Shown piece by piece: positions 18,268 through 26,637 of a stretch of 64,000 nt of DNA. Made by a program: the position numbers and the translations under genes. Source of the stretch: Thermoplasmata archaeon (GTDB lineage Archaea; Thermoplasmatota; Thermoplasmata; Lutacidiplasmatales; UBA184). Location: positions 9,926 through 73,925 of the forward strand of contig JAKIWO010000003.1 in NCBI GenBank assembly GCA_022749995.1. The letters run 5' to 3'. Positions within the stretch are counted from its first letter, which is position 1. Each line of letters starts with the position of its first letter. A model generated the notes under the pieces. The model made no database searches, was not told where the DNA came from, and worked only from the letters and a program-made list of their open reading frames with translations.

Positions 18268-19265
18268 GCGCCCTGCTTGGAGCGGGTGCTCAGATAGCGG
18301 ATGTCGACCTTCTCCACCGAGGCGACCTGCAGTCGCATCGGGGTGCGGAACCGGAGGAGCCGCTTGGTCGGGCCCGGCAGCGAGCCGTGCAGCAACAGGC
18401 AGGCGTTGCGGACTTCCCCGTACCGGGGGAAGCCACCGAGCGGGGTGACCGGGTCCTTCCGCGGGTCCTTCACCACGCGCAGGACGCGAATGTTGTAGAT
18501 GGTGCGGCGATGGTAGCCCATCTGGCCCGCTTGAGGGATGCGATAGCTGACGAAGCTCGGGTTGTGCGGTCCGAGCGTACCGATCATCCGGCGGTGCTTG
18601 GAATTCTTGTGCGGTTGGAGCTTGACGCCCCAGCGCTTGATGTGGCCCTGGAACCCCTTGCCCTTCGTCACGCCGATCACGTCGAGGAACTCCCCCTCGT
18701 GGGCCAAATCCTCGACGGGCAGTTCCTTGCCCAGCAGCCCCAGGGCGAAGGTGCGGCGCGCCTGGGGGTCCTCGCCGCTGACCCTCAATTCGAACAGTTC
18801 TGGGACGTTGGAGGGAACCCCGGTCACCCGGCTGGGTTGGGTGAACGCGAGCAGACGGACCTCCTCGCCCTCGTGGTTCTCAAACCGAATCCGGGCCGTC
18901 GGCTCGGAGGCGCCGTGCGCGGGCATGCGGCCGAGCAGCTGTTCGTCGAACGGCTCGCCCCACACCTCGGCGACCACGCGCATGCCGTACGGGGAGCGGT
19001 GGTAGAGCCGACAGCCGGCGACCTTGATCGGTGGCGTCTCGACCACGGTCACCGGTACCGACACCTCTTGTCCGGCGGTAGTGGATCGCTTTCGGTAGTC
19101 CACAATGAAGGCGTGGGTCATGCCGACCTTGAACCCGGCAAACCCCTCCACCGTGGGGGTTTTGGGGCCCTCGGGCCACCGTCTTATGCGAGGGAGCGGC
19201 CGGGCCGAGCGCGACCGAGGTGAGAAGCCGAGGGATCCTCGGCGGGGACGATGCCGGCGAGCCAT
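18264..19265 (-). CDS. rpl3: 50S ribosomal protein uL3
   Basis: PRRGSLGFSPR, GFKVGMTH, VTKGKGFQG, GQMGYHRRT; start MARRHRP. Confidence 0.97.
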   Translation of the reverse strand: MARRHRPRRGSLGFSPRSRSARPLPRIRRWPEGPKTPTVEGFAGFKVGMTHAFIVDYRKRSTTAGQEVSVPVTVVETPPIKVAGCRLYHRSPYGMRVVAEVWGEPFDEQLLGRMPAHGASEPTARIRFENHEGEEVRLLAFTQPSRVTGVPSNVPELFELRVSGEDPQARRTFALGLLGKELPVEDLAHEGEFLDVIGVTKGKGFQGHIKRWGVKLQPHKNSKHRRMIGTLGPHNPSFVSYRIPQAGQMGYHRRTIYNIRVLRVVKDPRKDPVTPLGGFPRYGEVRNACLLLHGSLPGPTKRLLRFRTPMRLQVASVEKVDIRYLSTRSKQGA

Positions 19266-19312
19266 GGGATGAGGTGCGTGAAGCCTCCGATGGGGGTCGG
19301 GGAGAAAGGTAC

Positions 19313-19322
19313 CATATATAAG
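19313..19322. promoter_or_regulatory. Strong TATA element upstream of the rpl3 operon
   Basis: CATATATAAG (TTATATA on the minus strand) about 50 nt upstream of the rpl3 ATG. Confidence 0.65.
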
Positions 19323-19473
19323 CGCTCGTCCGGCGCACCTCGAGAGGGGCGACTCTCGAGAGAGATTGTGCCTTTTCTCTGAACGCGCGCGTAGAGAAAG
19401 CGGAGCTGCGTGGCCTCCCGCGAGGGAGCCGACCGGGCGCAAAGATATAGGTCCCGTTCCGGCTCCTTCCCGC

Positions 19474-20751
19474 GTGGGAAACCCCCCCGCTCCGTTGCCG
19501 GTCACGCTCGCGGACGTGCGGGCCGCCGCGGTGCGCATCCGCGGTGCGGTCCGACGTACACCGCTGGTTCCGCTCCCCGCCTTCCCCGGGCTGCCCGATG
19601 TCCCGGTCTACCTGAAGCTCGAGAACTTGCAGCTCACCGGGGCATTCAAGCTCCGCGGCGCGACCAACCATCTGGCGCAGCTGCCGACCGAGCTCGCTCG
19701 GGCCGGTGTCGTGACCGCCTCGGCCGGCAACCACGCGCAGGGCGTCGCCTGGGCAGCGCGGTCACTCGGGATTCCCGCGACGATCGTGATGGCCACCGCC
19801 GCCTCGCCGTTCAAGGTCAGCGCGACGAGCGCCCTCGGTGCGCGAGTGATCCTACACGGCGCCGACTACGAGGAGGCGCACGAGGAGGCGGTGCGACTGG
19901 CGCGGGAGGAGCACCTGGCGTACGTGCCGCCGTTCGACGACGCCCAGGTGATCGCCGGTCAGGGGACCGTCGGTCTCGAGATCATGGAGGAGCTGCCCGA
20001 CACGCGGCGGATCATCGCCGGCGTGGGCGGCGGCGGGCTGCTGGCCGGCATCGCGGTGGCCGCCTGCGGGATCTCCGATAAGGTGGCGATCACCGGCATA
20101 CAGCCGGCCGGTGCCGACACTTTCCGCAGCTCGCTCGCGGAGGGCCGGGTCGTCGTCGGCGGCCGGCCCAGGACGTTCGCCGACGGCCTCGCCACGCGCC
20201 ATGTCGGAGACCTGCCGCTCACCCTGCTCCGGGCGCTCGGCGCGAGCGCGTACGCGGTCGACGACCTCGAGATTGCCCGCGCCGTCTTCCTGCTGCTCGA
20301 GAAGGCCAAGCTCCTCGCGGAGGGCGCCGGTGCGATCCCGCTGGCGGGCCTGCTCGCGCATCCCGAGATCGCGGCCCCGGGCCCGGTGGTGTTGGTGATC
20401 AGCGGCGGGAACATCGACCCGTTCCTCCTCGATCGGGTGTTGTGGATCGGGCTCTCCGCGGAGGGCCGTCTGCTCCGTCTCCGCGCCGCTCTCCCCGACA
20501 TTCCCGGTCGGCTGGCCGAATTCCTTACCGTGGCTGCCGACGCCGGCGCCAACGTCCGTCAGATCGAGCACGACCGGGAGTCCCCCGCCCATGGGCCGGG
20601 GGAGGTCACGGTGGAGGTGGAGCTCGAGGTGCGAAACCCGGCGCACGCCCGGGAAGTCGCAGAGGCGTACGGCCGGCGCGGATTCCCCGTGGAACGGCTC
20701 GGCGCCACCGGCGCCGAGTCGGCGCCGATTCTTCACCGGGAACAACCGTAA
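19474..20751 (+). CDS. ilvA: Threonine ammonia-lyase (PLP, C-terminal ACT domain)
   Basis: LKLENLQLTGAFKLRGA, SAGNHAQG, VGGGGLL, EGAGA, SGGNID. GTG 19474 lies about 25 nt after AAAGATATA. Confidence 0.93.
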   Translation: MGNPPAPLPVTLADVRAAAVRIRGAVRRTPLVPLPAFPGLPDVPVYLKLENLQLTGAFKLRGATNHLAQLPTELARAGVVTASAGNHAQGVAWAARSLGIPATIVMATAASPFKVSATSALGARVILHGADYEEAHEEAVRLAREEHLAYVPPFDDAQVIAGQGTVGLEIMEELPDTRRIIAGVGGGGLLAGIAVAACGISDKVAITGIQPAGADTFRSSLAEGRVVVGGRPRTFADGLATRHVGDLPLTLLRALGASAYAVDDLEIARAVFLLLEKAKLLAEGAGAIPLAGLLAHPEIAAPGPVVLVISGGNIDPFLLDRVLWIGLSAEGRLLRLRAALPDIPGRLAEFLTVAADAGANVRQIEHDRESPAHGPGEVTVEVELEVRNPAHAREVAEAYGRRGFPVERLGATGAESAPILHREQP

Positions 20752-20775
20752 GTACTCTAGGGCCACACTCTTCTA

Positions 20776-21273
20776 GTGATGCCCGAGCCGGGCGGGCCCG
20801 ACCCAGTACCGCAGAGCGCGCCTCCGAAGCTCTGGAGCGTGGAGGAGGCGAACGCCTCGCTCGACCGGCTGCGCGAACTCTTGCCCCAACTCAAGGCCTG
20901 GGCGGTGCGCCTCGGCAAGGTGCACGCCGAGCTCCAGCGGCTCTCCCAGTTCTGGGGCAAGGAACTCACGGCGCAAGACATCCCCGACCGGGACCTCAAG
21001 CTCCGCCTCGAGGAGGAGTGGAAGCGGCTCACCGCGCGGCTCGAGGGAGAGGTCAAACGGCTCGAGGCGGAGGGGATCACCGTCAAGGATCTCGAGAACG
21101 GGCTCGTCGACTTTTACAGCCGCCGGCGCGGCGAGGTCGTGTACCTGTGCTGGCGCCGGGGGGAAGCGGAGGTCGCGAACTGGCACCCGCTCACCGGCGG
21201 ATTCCGCAGTCGGAGACCGCTCGAGGGCAAGGGCCGGGCTGCTCCGACGGCGCGGCTCGGCCACGACCGGTAG
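20776..21273 (+). CDS. DUF2203 family protein
   Basis: W/FSVEEAN, VKDLENGLVDF, YLCWRRGE, W-H...GGFRSRRPL. Confidence 0.85.
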   Translation: MMPEPGGPDPVPQSAPPKLWSVEEANASLDRLRELLPQLKAWAVRLGKVHAELQRLSQFWGKELTAQDIPDRDLKLRLEEEWKRLTARLEGEVKRLEAEGITVKDLENGLVDFYSRRRGEVVYLCWRRGEAEVANWHPLTGGFRSRRPLEGKGRAAPTARLGHDR

Positions 21274-21285
21274 GCGCGGTCCGCG

Positions 21286-22239
21286 CTACAGCCCCCGCTC
21301 CGTGGGGCCGAGCGGCGGGGTACGAGAGGCGAGCCGCGAAGCCGCCACGACGAATGCGACGATCCCGAGGGTGGCCACGAGCGCGCTCAGGAGCGCTCCG
21401 AGCGGAAGGATGGTCGTGACCCCGAGCTCCGGCAGCAAGAACCCCGAGAGCGCGGCCGCGGCGCCGCCCGCCACGCCGAAGGCGGGTCGATCGCCCCGCG
21501 AGTCCTTCCAGCCTCCGATGCCCGAGACGAGCGCGCCGATCAACAGCAGTGCCGCGCCGGACCAGAGCGTCGCGACGAGCGCCTCGAGGCTCGTGAACTC
21601 CGAGACCGCGAGGTACGTCCCTTGGCCGGTCGAACCCGGCGATAGTGAGATGCTCAGGTTTCCGCTCCCGCTCGTCGGGGCCGCGTAGACAGGCGAGTCG
21701 AAGAGCGACTCTTCCACCGGTGCGAATCCGGGCGCGCTCACGTTGATCGTGATCTCCCCGCTGGGCACCCCGGCGATGGTGAAGCTGCCGTCCGGCGCCG
21801 TCGAGGTGGAGGCATGGAAGCCTCCTTCCCCAGAGACCTGGACGAGCGCGCCGCCGACCGGTTGACTCGCCGCCCCGCTCGCCGGGCTCGTGACCACCGA
21901 GCCGCCCACCGAATAGGTACGCGCCGGAAGTGCGCCCATCCCGGCAGAAACAGCGAGGCCGCTCAGCAAGAGGAGCAGCGCCGTCGTCACCAGCAGGAGG
22001 CGGAAGGTGAACCGCTGCATCCGCGGTCCGGTCCACTCCGGCAGCGCACCGACCGGAGCGAGGTTAGGGTACACCTCCCACGTGAACAACGGCGAGGGGT
22101 CCCGGGGGTGGATGACGGGCACGGGGTACTGACAGCTCGGACAATGGGTCCAGTACAGGCCCGCCCCCGGCGGCGGTAGGGCCGCGAGCAACGTTGCGCA
22201 CTTGGGACAGCGCAGCGTGACGGGAGCCGGGCTCGCCAT
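21286..22239 (-). CDS. Membrane protein: N-terminal Zn ribbon, TM helix, carboxypeptidase-regulatory-like beta domain, C-terminal TM bundle
   Basis: CPKC...CPSC; PVGGALVQV...TAPDGSFTIAGVPSGEITINVSAPGF; several hydrophobic helices. TTATA lies about 25 nt upstream. Confidence 0.65.
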   Translation of the reverse strand: MASPAPVTLRCPKCATLLAALPPPGAGLYWTHCPSCQYPVPVIHPRDPSPLFTWEVYPNLAPVGALPEWTGPRMQRFTFRLLLVTTALLLLLSGLAVSAGMGALPARTYSVGGSVVTSPASGAASQPVGGALVQVSGEGGFHASTSTAPDGSFTIAGVPSGEITINVSAPGFAPVEESLFDSPVYAAPTSGSGNLSISLSPGSTGQGTYLAVSEFTSLEALVATLWSGAALLLIGALVSGIGGWKDSRGDRPAFGVAGGAAAALSGFLLPELGVTTILPLGALLSALVATLGIVAFVVAASRLASRTPPLGPTERGL

Positions 22240-22344
22240 CCGCCCGGAAAGCCCGGTGGCCTCCTATAACTATGGCGCGGCACGTCCCCCCGCGTGGCCG
22301 CGCCGCGTCGGCGCCGACGGAAGCCGCCGGCGCCGGCTCGCGCG

Positions 22345-22986
22345 GTGAGCTCGAGGTCGACCACGGCGGCGGTCGATCACCGAGACCTCGAGCGCGCGCT
22401 CGGCAAGCCGCATCTCCGGGTGATCGGGCTGGACGACGGTGCCTTCACCCGCCGCGCCCGGCGGGCCCCCGTTGTGGCCGTGGCGATGTCGCTGCCGGAC
22501 CTGGTGGAGGGCATCGAGCTCGGCTGGGTGGAGGTCGACGGACGAGACGCCACCGAGCGGACCATTGCGCTGCTGCAGGCCTCTCCGTTCCTTCGCGGGG
22601 CCCGGGCGATCCTGGTGGACGGGATCGCGCTCGCGGGGTTCAACCTGCTCGACCTCCGCCGGCTCTCCGCGGGGATCGGCCGACCCGTACTTTCCGTGAC
22701 GCGGCGGGCTCCCGAGTTCGTCACGATCCGCGCTGCGCTCCGCAAGTACTTCCCGCGAGAGTTCGCGGCGCGCTGGGCGCTCGTGAAATCCTGCCGGCTC
22801 TACCCAGTGCCGGTCGTGGGCCGGCCGCTGTGGGTGGCGGCGGCGGGCTGCCGGCGCGCGGAGGCGGCCGCGATCGTGCGCCGTTCGGTCGGACACGGCC
22901 GCTGGCCGGAGCCGCTCCGGCTCGCACACCTGGTGGGCCACAGCGTCGGAGCGCACGCTCGGCCGCCGCGTCGGCCCAACCCTTAA
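22345..22986 (+). CDS. DUF99 family (endonuclease V-like / endonuclease dU) protein
   Basis: RVIGLDDGAF, VDGRDAT, LVDGIALAGFNLLD, PEPLRLAH. The start is uncertain (22294 or 22345). Confidence 0.85.
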   Translation: MSSRSTTAAVDHRDLERALGKPHLRVIGLDDGAFTRRARRAPVVAVAMSLPDLVEGIELGWVEVDGRDATERTIALLQASPFLRGARAILVDGIALAGFNLLDLRRLSAGIGRPVLSVTRRAPEFVTIRAALRKYFPREFAARWALVKSCRLYPVPVVGRPLWVAAAGCRRAEAAAIVRRSVGHGRWPEPLRLAHLVGHSVGAHARPPRRPNP

Positions 22987-23011
22987 GGGAGCCGAGCGCG
23001 CTAGCGCCGTC

Positions 23012-23115
23012 GGGCCTGTAGCTTAGCCTGGACAAAGTACTGGCCTTCTAAGCCAGCAGTCTCGGGTTCAAAGGCGCCGGGGACCCCCCCGACGCGGAGA
23101 TTCCCGACAGGCCCG
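23012..23115 (+). tRNA. tRNA-Arg(UCU) with a 29-nt intron in the T-loop (about 23073-23101, position 59/60)
   Basis: Acceptor stem GGGCCTG/CAGGCCC, D-arm, anticodon stem CTGGC/GCCAG with TCT at 23047-49, T-stem TCGGG/CCCGA. The insert splits TTCAAA|T. CCA is not encoded. TTAAG lies about 28 nt upstream. Confidence 0.93.
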
Positions 23116-23117
23116 CA

Positions 23118-24176
23118 CTACGGGGCGTGGGTGCTCGTCGGGGCCTCGACCTTGCGTTCGCAGTTCTCGCAGAGCAGTCCGCGATGTCCCGGGGCCAGCG
23201 GTTCGCCGCAGAGCGGGCAGCTGGCGCGCGAGTCGGCCGCCGCCTGCAGCTCGGCGACACTGCTGCGCAGGTGCGGGTCCACGAGCGGGCGCAGCGGCGC
23301 TTCGCCCCCACTGCGGAGCCGGTCGGTGGCCGAAAGGAACGCCTCGAGCCGCGGGCGGTACACACCGGTCCGGCGGTCGAAGGTCACGAGCCGGCGAGAG
23401 AGCAGCGCGTAGAGCGCCGAATTTCCCAGTTCGCGAACGCCGCTGAAGAGCGGCGCGAGGTCCATCACGGTGAGCCCATGCGACTCGACGATCGCCTCGA
23501 GCGCGCGGGCCGACGGCAGGGAGAGCTCGCCGCGAGAGACCAGCGAATCCACCGCATGGCTGAACCGCGGGCTACGGCGTACCCGGCTCTGCGGGCGCAG
23601 GCGGCCGGCCCGCTGGTCCGGCAGGAGCAGATCGTCCAGGAAGTCGAGGTCGTACCGCACCCGTTCCTCGGTGAAGTAGACCGCGAGCGCAACGCCGAAC
23701 GGCACGGTCCCCGTCGCACGGACGAAGGCGGCGAACTCCGCCAGACTGAACAGCCCGGGCCGGAGCGCCCCAGCCGCTCGAGCGCCGCCGAGCGGTACGA
23801 ACTGCTCGCGGAGGAGCAGTCGCGCGATCCCACGCTCCTCGACTTGGGTTTCGCCTTGGAGTACGGCCGAGCCGTCCTCGAGCAGCCGAAGCTCGGTGAA
23901 CGGGTGAAGGTACTCCCATTCCGAGGCGTCGCCCGGCGGTCGAGGCAGACGGAGGGTGGCGGTCTTGAAGGATGCCGCAGGGGCGAGCAGCGCCGCGATC
24001 CCGGTGGAGTAGCTCGCTCCGTCGACCTCGAGGTTGAAGGGGGCAAGCGGCGCTCGGCGACGCGGCAGGTACTCCTCGACCGCCCGCTCGAGCGAGAGCT
24101 GCGAGGCGGCGTCGTGCCGCTCGGCCCCTCCCAGGCGGGCGACCGCTTCGAGCTCACCCGGTGCTGCGAGCGGCAC
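23118..24176 (-). CDS. Hypothetical protein with probable winged-HTH and C-terminal Zn ribbon
   Basis: ARALEAIV..GLTVMDLA..LYALLSRRLV (wHTH-like); CPLC-x11-CENC; coding-like codon usage. Confidence 0.6.
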   Translation of the reverse strand: MPLAAPGELEAVARLGGAERHDAASQLSLERAVEEYLPRRRAPLAPFNLEVDGASYSTGIAALLAPAASFKTATLRLPRPPGDASEWEYLHPFTELRLLEDGSAVLQGETQVEERGIARLLLREQFVPLGGARAAGALRPGLFSLAEFAAFVRATGTVPFGVALAVYFTEERVRYDLDFLDDLLLPDQRAGRLRPQSRVRRSPRFSHAVDSLVSRGELSLPSARALEAIVESHGLTVMDLAPLFSGVRELGNSALYALLSRRLVTFDRRTGVYRPRLEAFLSATDRLRSGGEAPLRPLVDPHLRSSVAELQAAADSRASCPLCGEPLAPGHRGLLCENCERKVEAPTSTHAP

Positions 24177-25356
24177 GGCCCTCCTTCTCGGTCAAGAGAA
24201 GGTGGTAGAGGGAGATAAACCGGCGGGCGGAACGTTCGATCGACGCCTCCGAACGGACCCACGAGGTACCCCGTTCGGCGAGCCGGCGGCGCTCGGCCGG
24301 GTTCCCGAGCAGCTCCCCGATCGCTTCGGCGAGCGGCGCCGCTCGCGGCGGCACGAGCCGGCCGGTGAGCCGGTCCTGGAGGATCGCGGCCGGACCTCCG
24401 ATGTTGGAGGCGACACAGGCGGCTCCGCACGCCATCGCCTCCAGCAGCACGATCGAAGCGGTGTCGGAGACGGAGGGTAGGACCAGCAAGTCCGACTGGG
24501 CGAGCAGCGCCGGCTTCTCCTCCTCCGCGATCGGCCCGAGGTACCGGACGCGGCCGGCCAACTGCGGACTGTCGAGGAGGCGCCGGCGCATCGAGTCCGC
24601 CTCCGGCCCTACGCCGCCGATCACGGCGGTGAAGGCCGGTGTCTCGGGCAGCCGTTCGATGGCGTCCAGTAGCGTGTGCACCCCCTTGTCGGAGGTGAGG
24701 CGGCTCAGGAAGGTCACGACCGGCTGCGGACCCAGACCGCAGCGCTCGCGCCAGTCCGGCTGGGAGATTCCCGGGTGGAACCGGTCGAGCTCGACCCCGT
24801 TCTCGACCACCTCGACCGGCCGTCGCCACGGCTTTCGGGCGTGCGCCAGGAGCGCCGCCCGTGCGTGCTCGGACGGGGCGGTGGTCAGGTCGCACCGGAA
24901 GTACAGGCCGAGGGTCCACAGTCGTGCGACGCGGAAGAACAGGCGGACCGGATAGGTCCGCGGAAAGCTGGCGCGCATCGCGTAGATGTCCGTGTTGAAC
25001 GTGCCCAGCACCGGTCGGTGCAGGCGACGGCCGATCAGCAGCCCGGCGTTGCCCATCATCCCCTGCGAGAACAGGTGCACGACATCGACCCGGCCGGCGA
25101 GGCGACGGCGCAGCTTCCGGAACGGGAAGAGCGCCCAGCGATACTGGCCGTAGAACGGCACCGGTAGCGACCGAGTCCGGTAGACGGGGATTCCGTCGAT
25201 CTCCTCCTCGCGCGGGACCGCCGGACCCGCCGGCTGGGTCGTGAAGACGCTCACCCGATGGCCCAGCCGCTGCACCGCCCGGGCCAGCGCGTGAGTCTCC
25301 TTGGCGACGCCGTCGTGGGTCGGCAGGTAGCTGTCCGTGAAGAACGCGATCTCCAC
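24154..25356 (-). CDS. GT4 family glycosyltransferase (monoglycosyl lipid synthase-like)
   Basis: IAFFTDSYLPTHDGV, NGVELDRF, SRLTSDKG, PSVSDTASIVLLEAMACG. Confidence 0.9.
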   Translation of the reverse strand: MEIAFFTDSYLPTHDGVAKETHALARAVQRLGHRVSVFTTQPAGPAVPREEEIDGIPVYRTRSLPVPFYGQYRWALFPFRKLRRRLAGRVDVVHLFSQGMMGNAGLLIGRRLHRPVLGTFNTDIYAMRASFPRTYPVRLFFRVARLWTLGLYFRCDLTTAPSEHARAALLAHARKPWRRPVEVVENGVELDRFHPGISQPDWRERCGLGPQPVVTFLSRLTSDKGVHTLLDAIERLPETPAFTAVIGGVGPEADSMRRRLLDSPQLAGRVRYLGPIAEEEKPALLAQSDLLVLPSVSDTASIVLLEAMACGAACVASNIGGPAAILQDRLTGRLVPPRAAPLAEAIGELLGNPAERRRLAERGTSWVRSEASIERSARRFISLYHLLLTEKEGRAARSTG

Positions 25357-25380
25357 CCGGCGCCTTCCTCCGAGAAGTTC

Positions 25381-26148
25381 CTACGCCAGAATATGAAACG
25401 ACCGTTGCAGCCGCCGGCGCTCCGGCTCGGCGAGGGTCGCGTCATCGAGCGAGGCCACGACCGTCGAGTCGCTCCCGGCGACCCACTGGCCGAGCCAGCT
25501 CGCGAACCGCAGGGTGAGTTCGTTGCCGTACTGGGTGCGCAGCTCCTCCAGCGCATCGAGGTAGACGAGCAGCGGGGGGTCGGAGCCCCGCTCCTTGATC
25601 CGTCCGGCGATCGCGCCGGGGTCGGAACCGCTGCCGGCCTCGGGGTCGCCGGGCCGGTTGACGCTCGGTCGGAGCCACTCCACGGCTCCCTCGCCCAGCC
25701 CGAGCGGAGGGGGAGCTTCGAAGCTGATCCACAGGGCGCGGGTGTGGTGAGAAGCCTGCGCTTGGGCGAACCGTACTGCGGCGCGAGGTCGCTCCTCGCG
25801 GAACAGGAACGCCTTTCCTGGTGCCCACTGCGGCCCCGCCGAATCGCTGAGCGCCGTCCCTCCGGAGGAACTCGGGGGTGGCTTGAGCAACGGCTCCCAG
25901 CTCGATCGACGAGGAGGCGCGAGCAGGTGGCGTCGCTTGAGCTCGACATCCTCGGGGATCCGGGAGATGCGGCTCTTGACCAGCACCCGCAGCTCGGCGG
26001 TAGTGTGGCCCTGCGAGGCGTGCTGGAGCAGCTCGCGCAGCCCTTCGCGCAGCCCCTCGGCGTACCCTTGGATGTACCCCTCGGCGAACTCCGCGTCGCC
26101 CGCCGGCGCCGGGGGCTCGGCGGGGTTGGGTTCCTTGCGCCCGTTCAC
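25381..26148 (-). CDS. DUF835 domain protein with N-terminal GxxxG repeat helix
   Basis: C-terminal DUF835-like block (VYLDALEEL..YG..FASWL..VVASLD..TL..ERRRL); N-terminal EGYIQGYAEGLREG. Confidence 0.65.
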   Translation of the reverse strand: MNGRKEPNPAEPPAPAGDAEFAEGYIQGYAEGLREGLRELLQHASQGHTTAELRVLVKSRISRIPEDVELKRRHLLAPPRRSSWEPLLKPPPSSSGGTALSDSAGPQWAPGKAFLFREERPRAAVRFAQAQASHHTRALWISFEAPPPLGLGEGAVEWLRPSVNRPGDPEAGSGSDPGAIAGRIKERGSDPPLLVYLDALEELRTQYGNELTLRFASWLGQWVAGSDSTVVASLDDATLAEPERRRLQRSFHILA

Positions 26149-26630
26149 GCCGTCGCTCGACCGGCCGCGCGGGGTTCCCCGGCCGGTGACGGAAGGGGGA
26201 GGGGGCGCGGGGCGCCGTCGACCTCCACCGCGGGCGCGAACTTGTAGCCGTAGTGGATGACGCCGGCCTTGCCCTCCTCCCGGAGCTTGCGGAAGGTGGC
26301 GTGGACCTTGAGCCCGATCCGCACCTCGTGCGGGTCGATGTCGACCACCTCGGCGGTGAGCACGGGTCCCTCGACGGTCTTGACCAGCGTGAGGGCGTAC
26401 GGGACGAGCATCTCGAACCCCTCCGCGGGGTCGTGGATGACGGTGTAGGAGATCACCGTCCCTTCGCCGGAGAGCTGGAACGGTTCCATCTTGCCGAGCG
26501 ATTGGCGGTGCGTCGTGCAGGTGGGGCAGACCACGCGTGGGGGGAAGTAGACGGTCGTGCAGACCGTGCAGCGACAGCCGCCTAGGTTGTACCGCCGTGG
26601 GGTCTCGCGCCAGAAACGTGCGATCGACAT
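26145..26630 (-). CDS. DUF35 Zn-ribbon/OB-fold protein (thiolase-HMGS scaffold)
   Basis: CTVC..YFPPRVVCPTC, GTVISYTVI, TFRKL, IHYGYKF. Confidence 0.93.
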   Translation of the reverse strand: MSIARFWRETPRRYNLGGCRCTVCTTVYFPPRVVCPTCTTHRQSLGKMEPFQLSGEGTVISYTVIHDPAEGFEMLVPYALTLVKTVEGPVLTAEVVDIDPHEVRIGLKVHATFRKLREEGKAGVIHYGYKFAPAVEVDGAPRPLPLPSPAGEPRAAGRATA

Positions 26631-26637
26631 GGTGATC

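Noticed and set aside
19366-19473. Extended ilvA N-terminus from the ORF track
   Set aside because: It spans a TATA element and a structured region; GTG 19474 fits homologue length and leaderless spacing.
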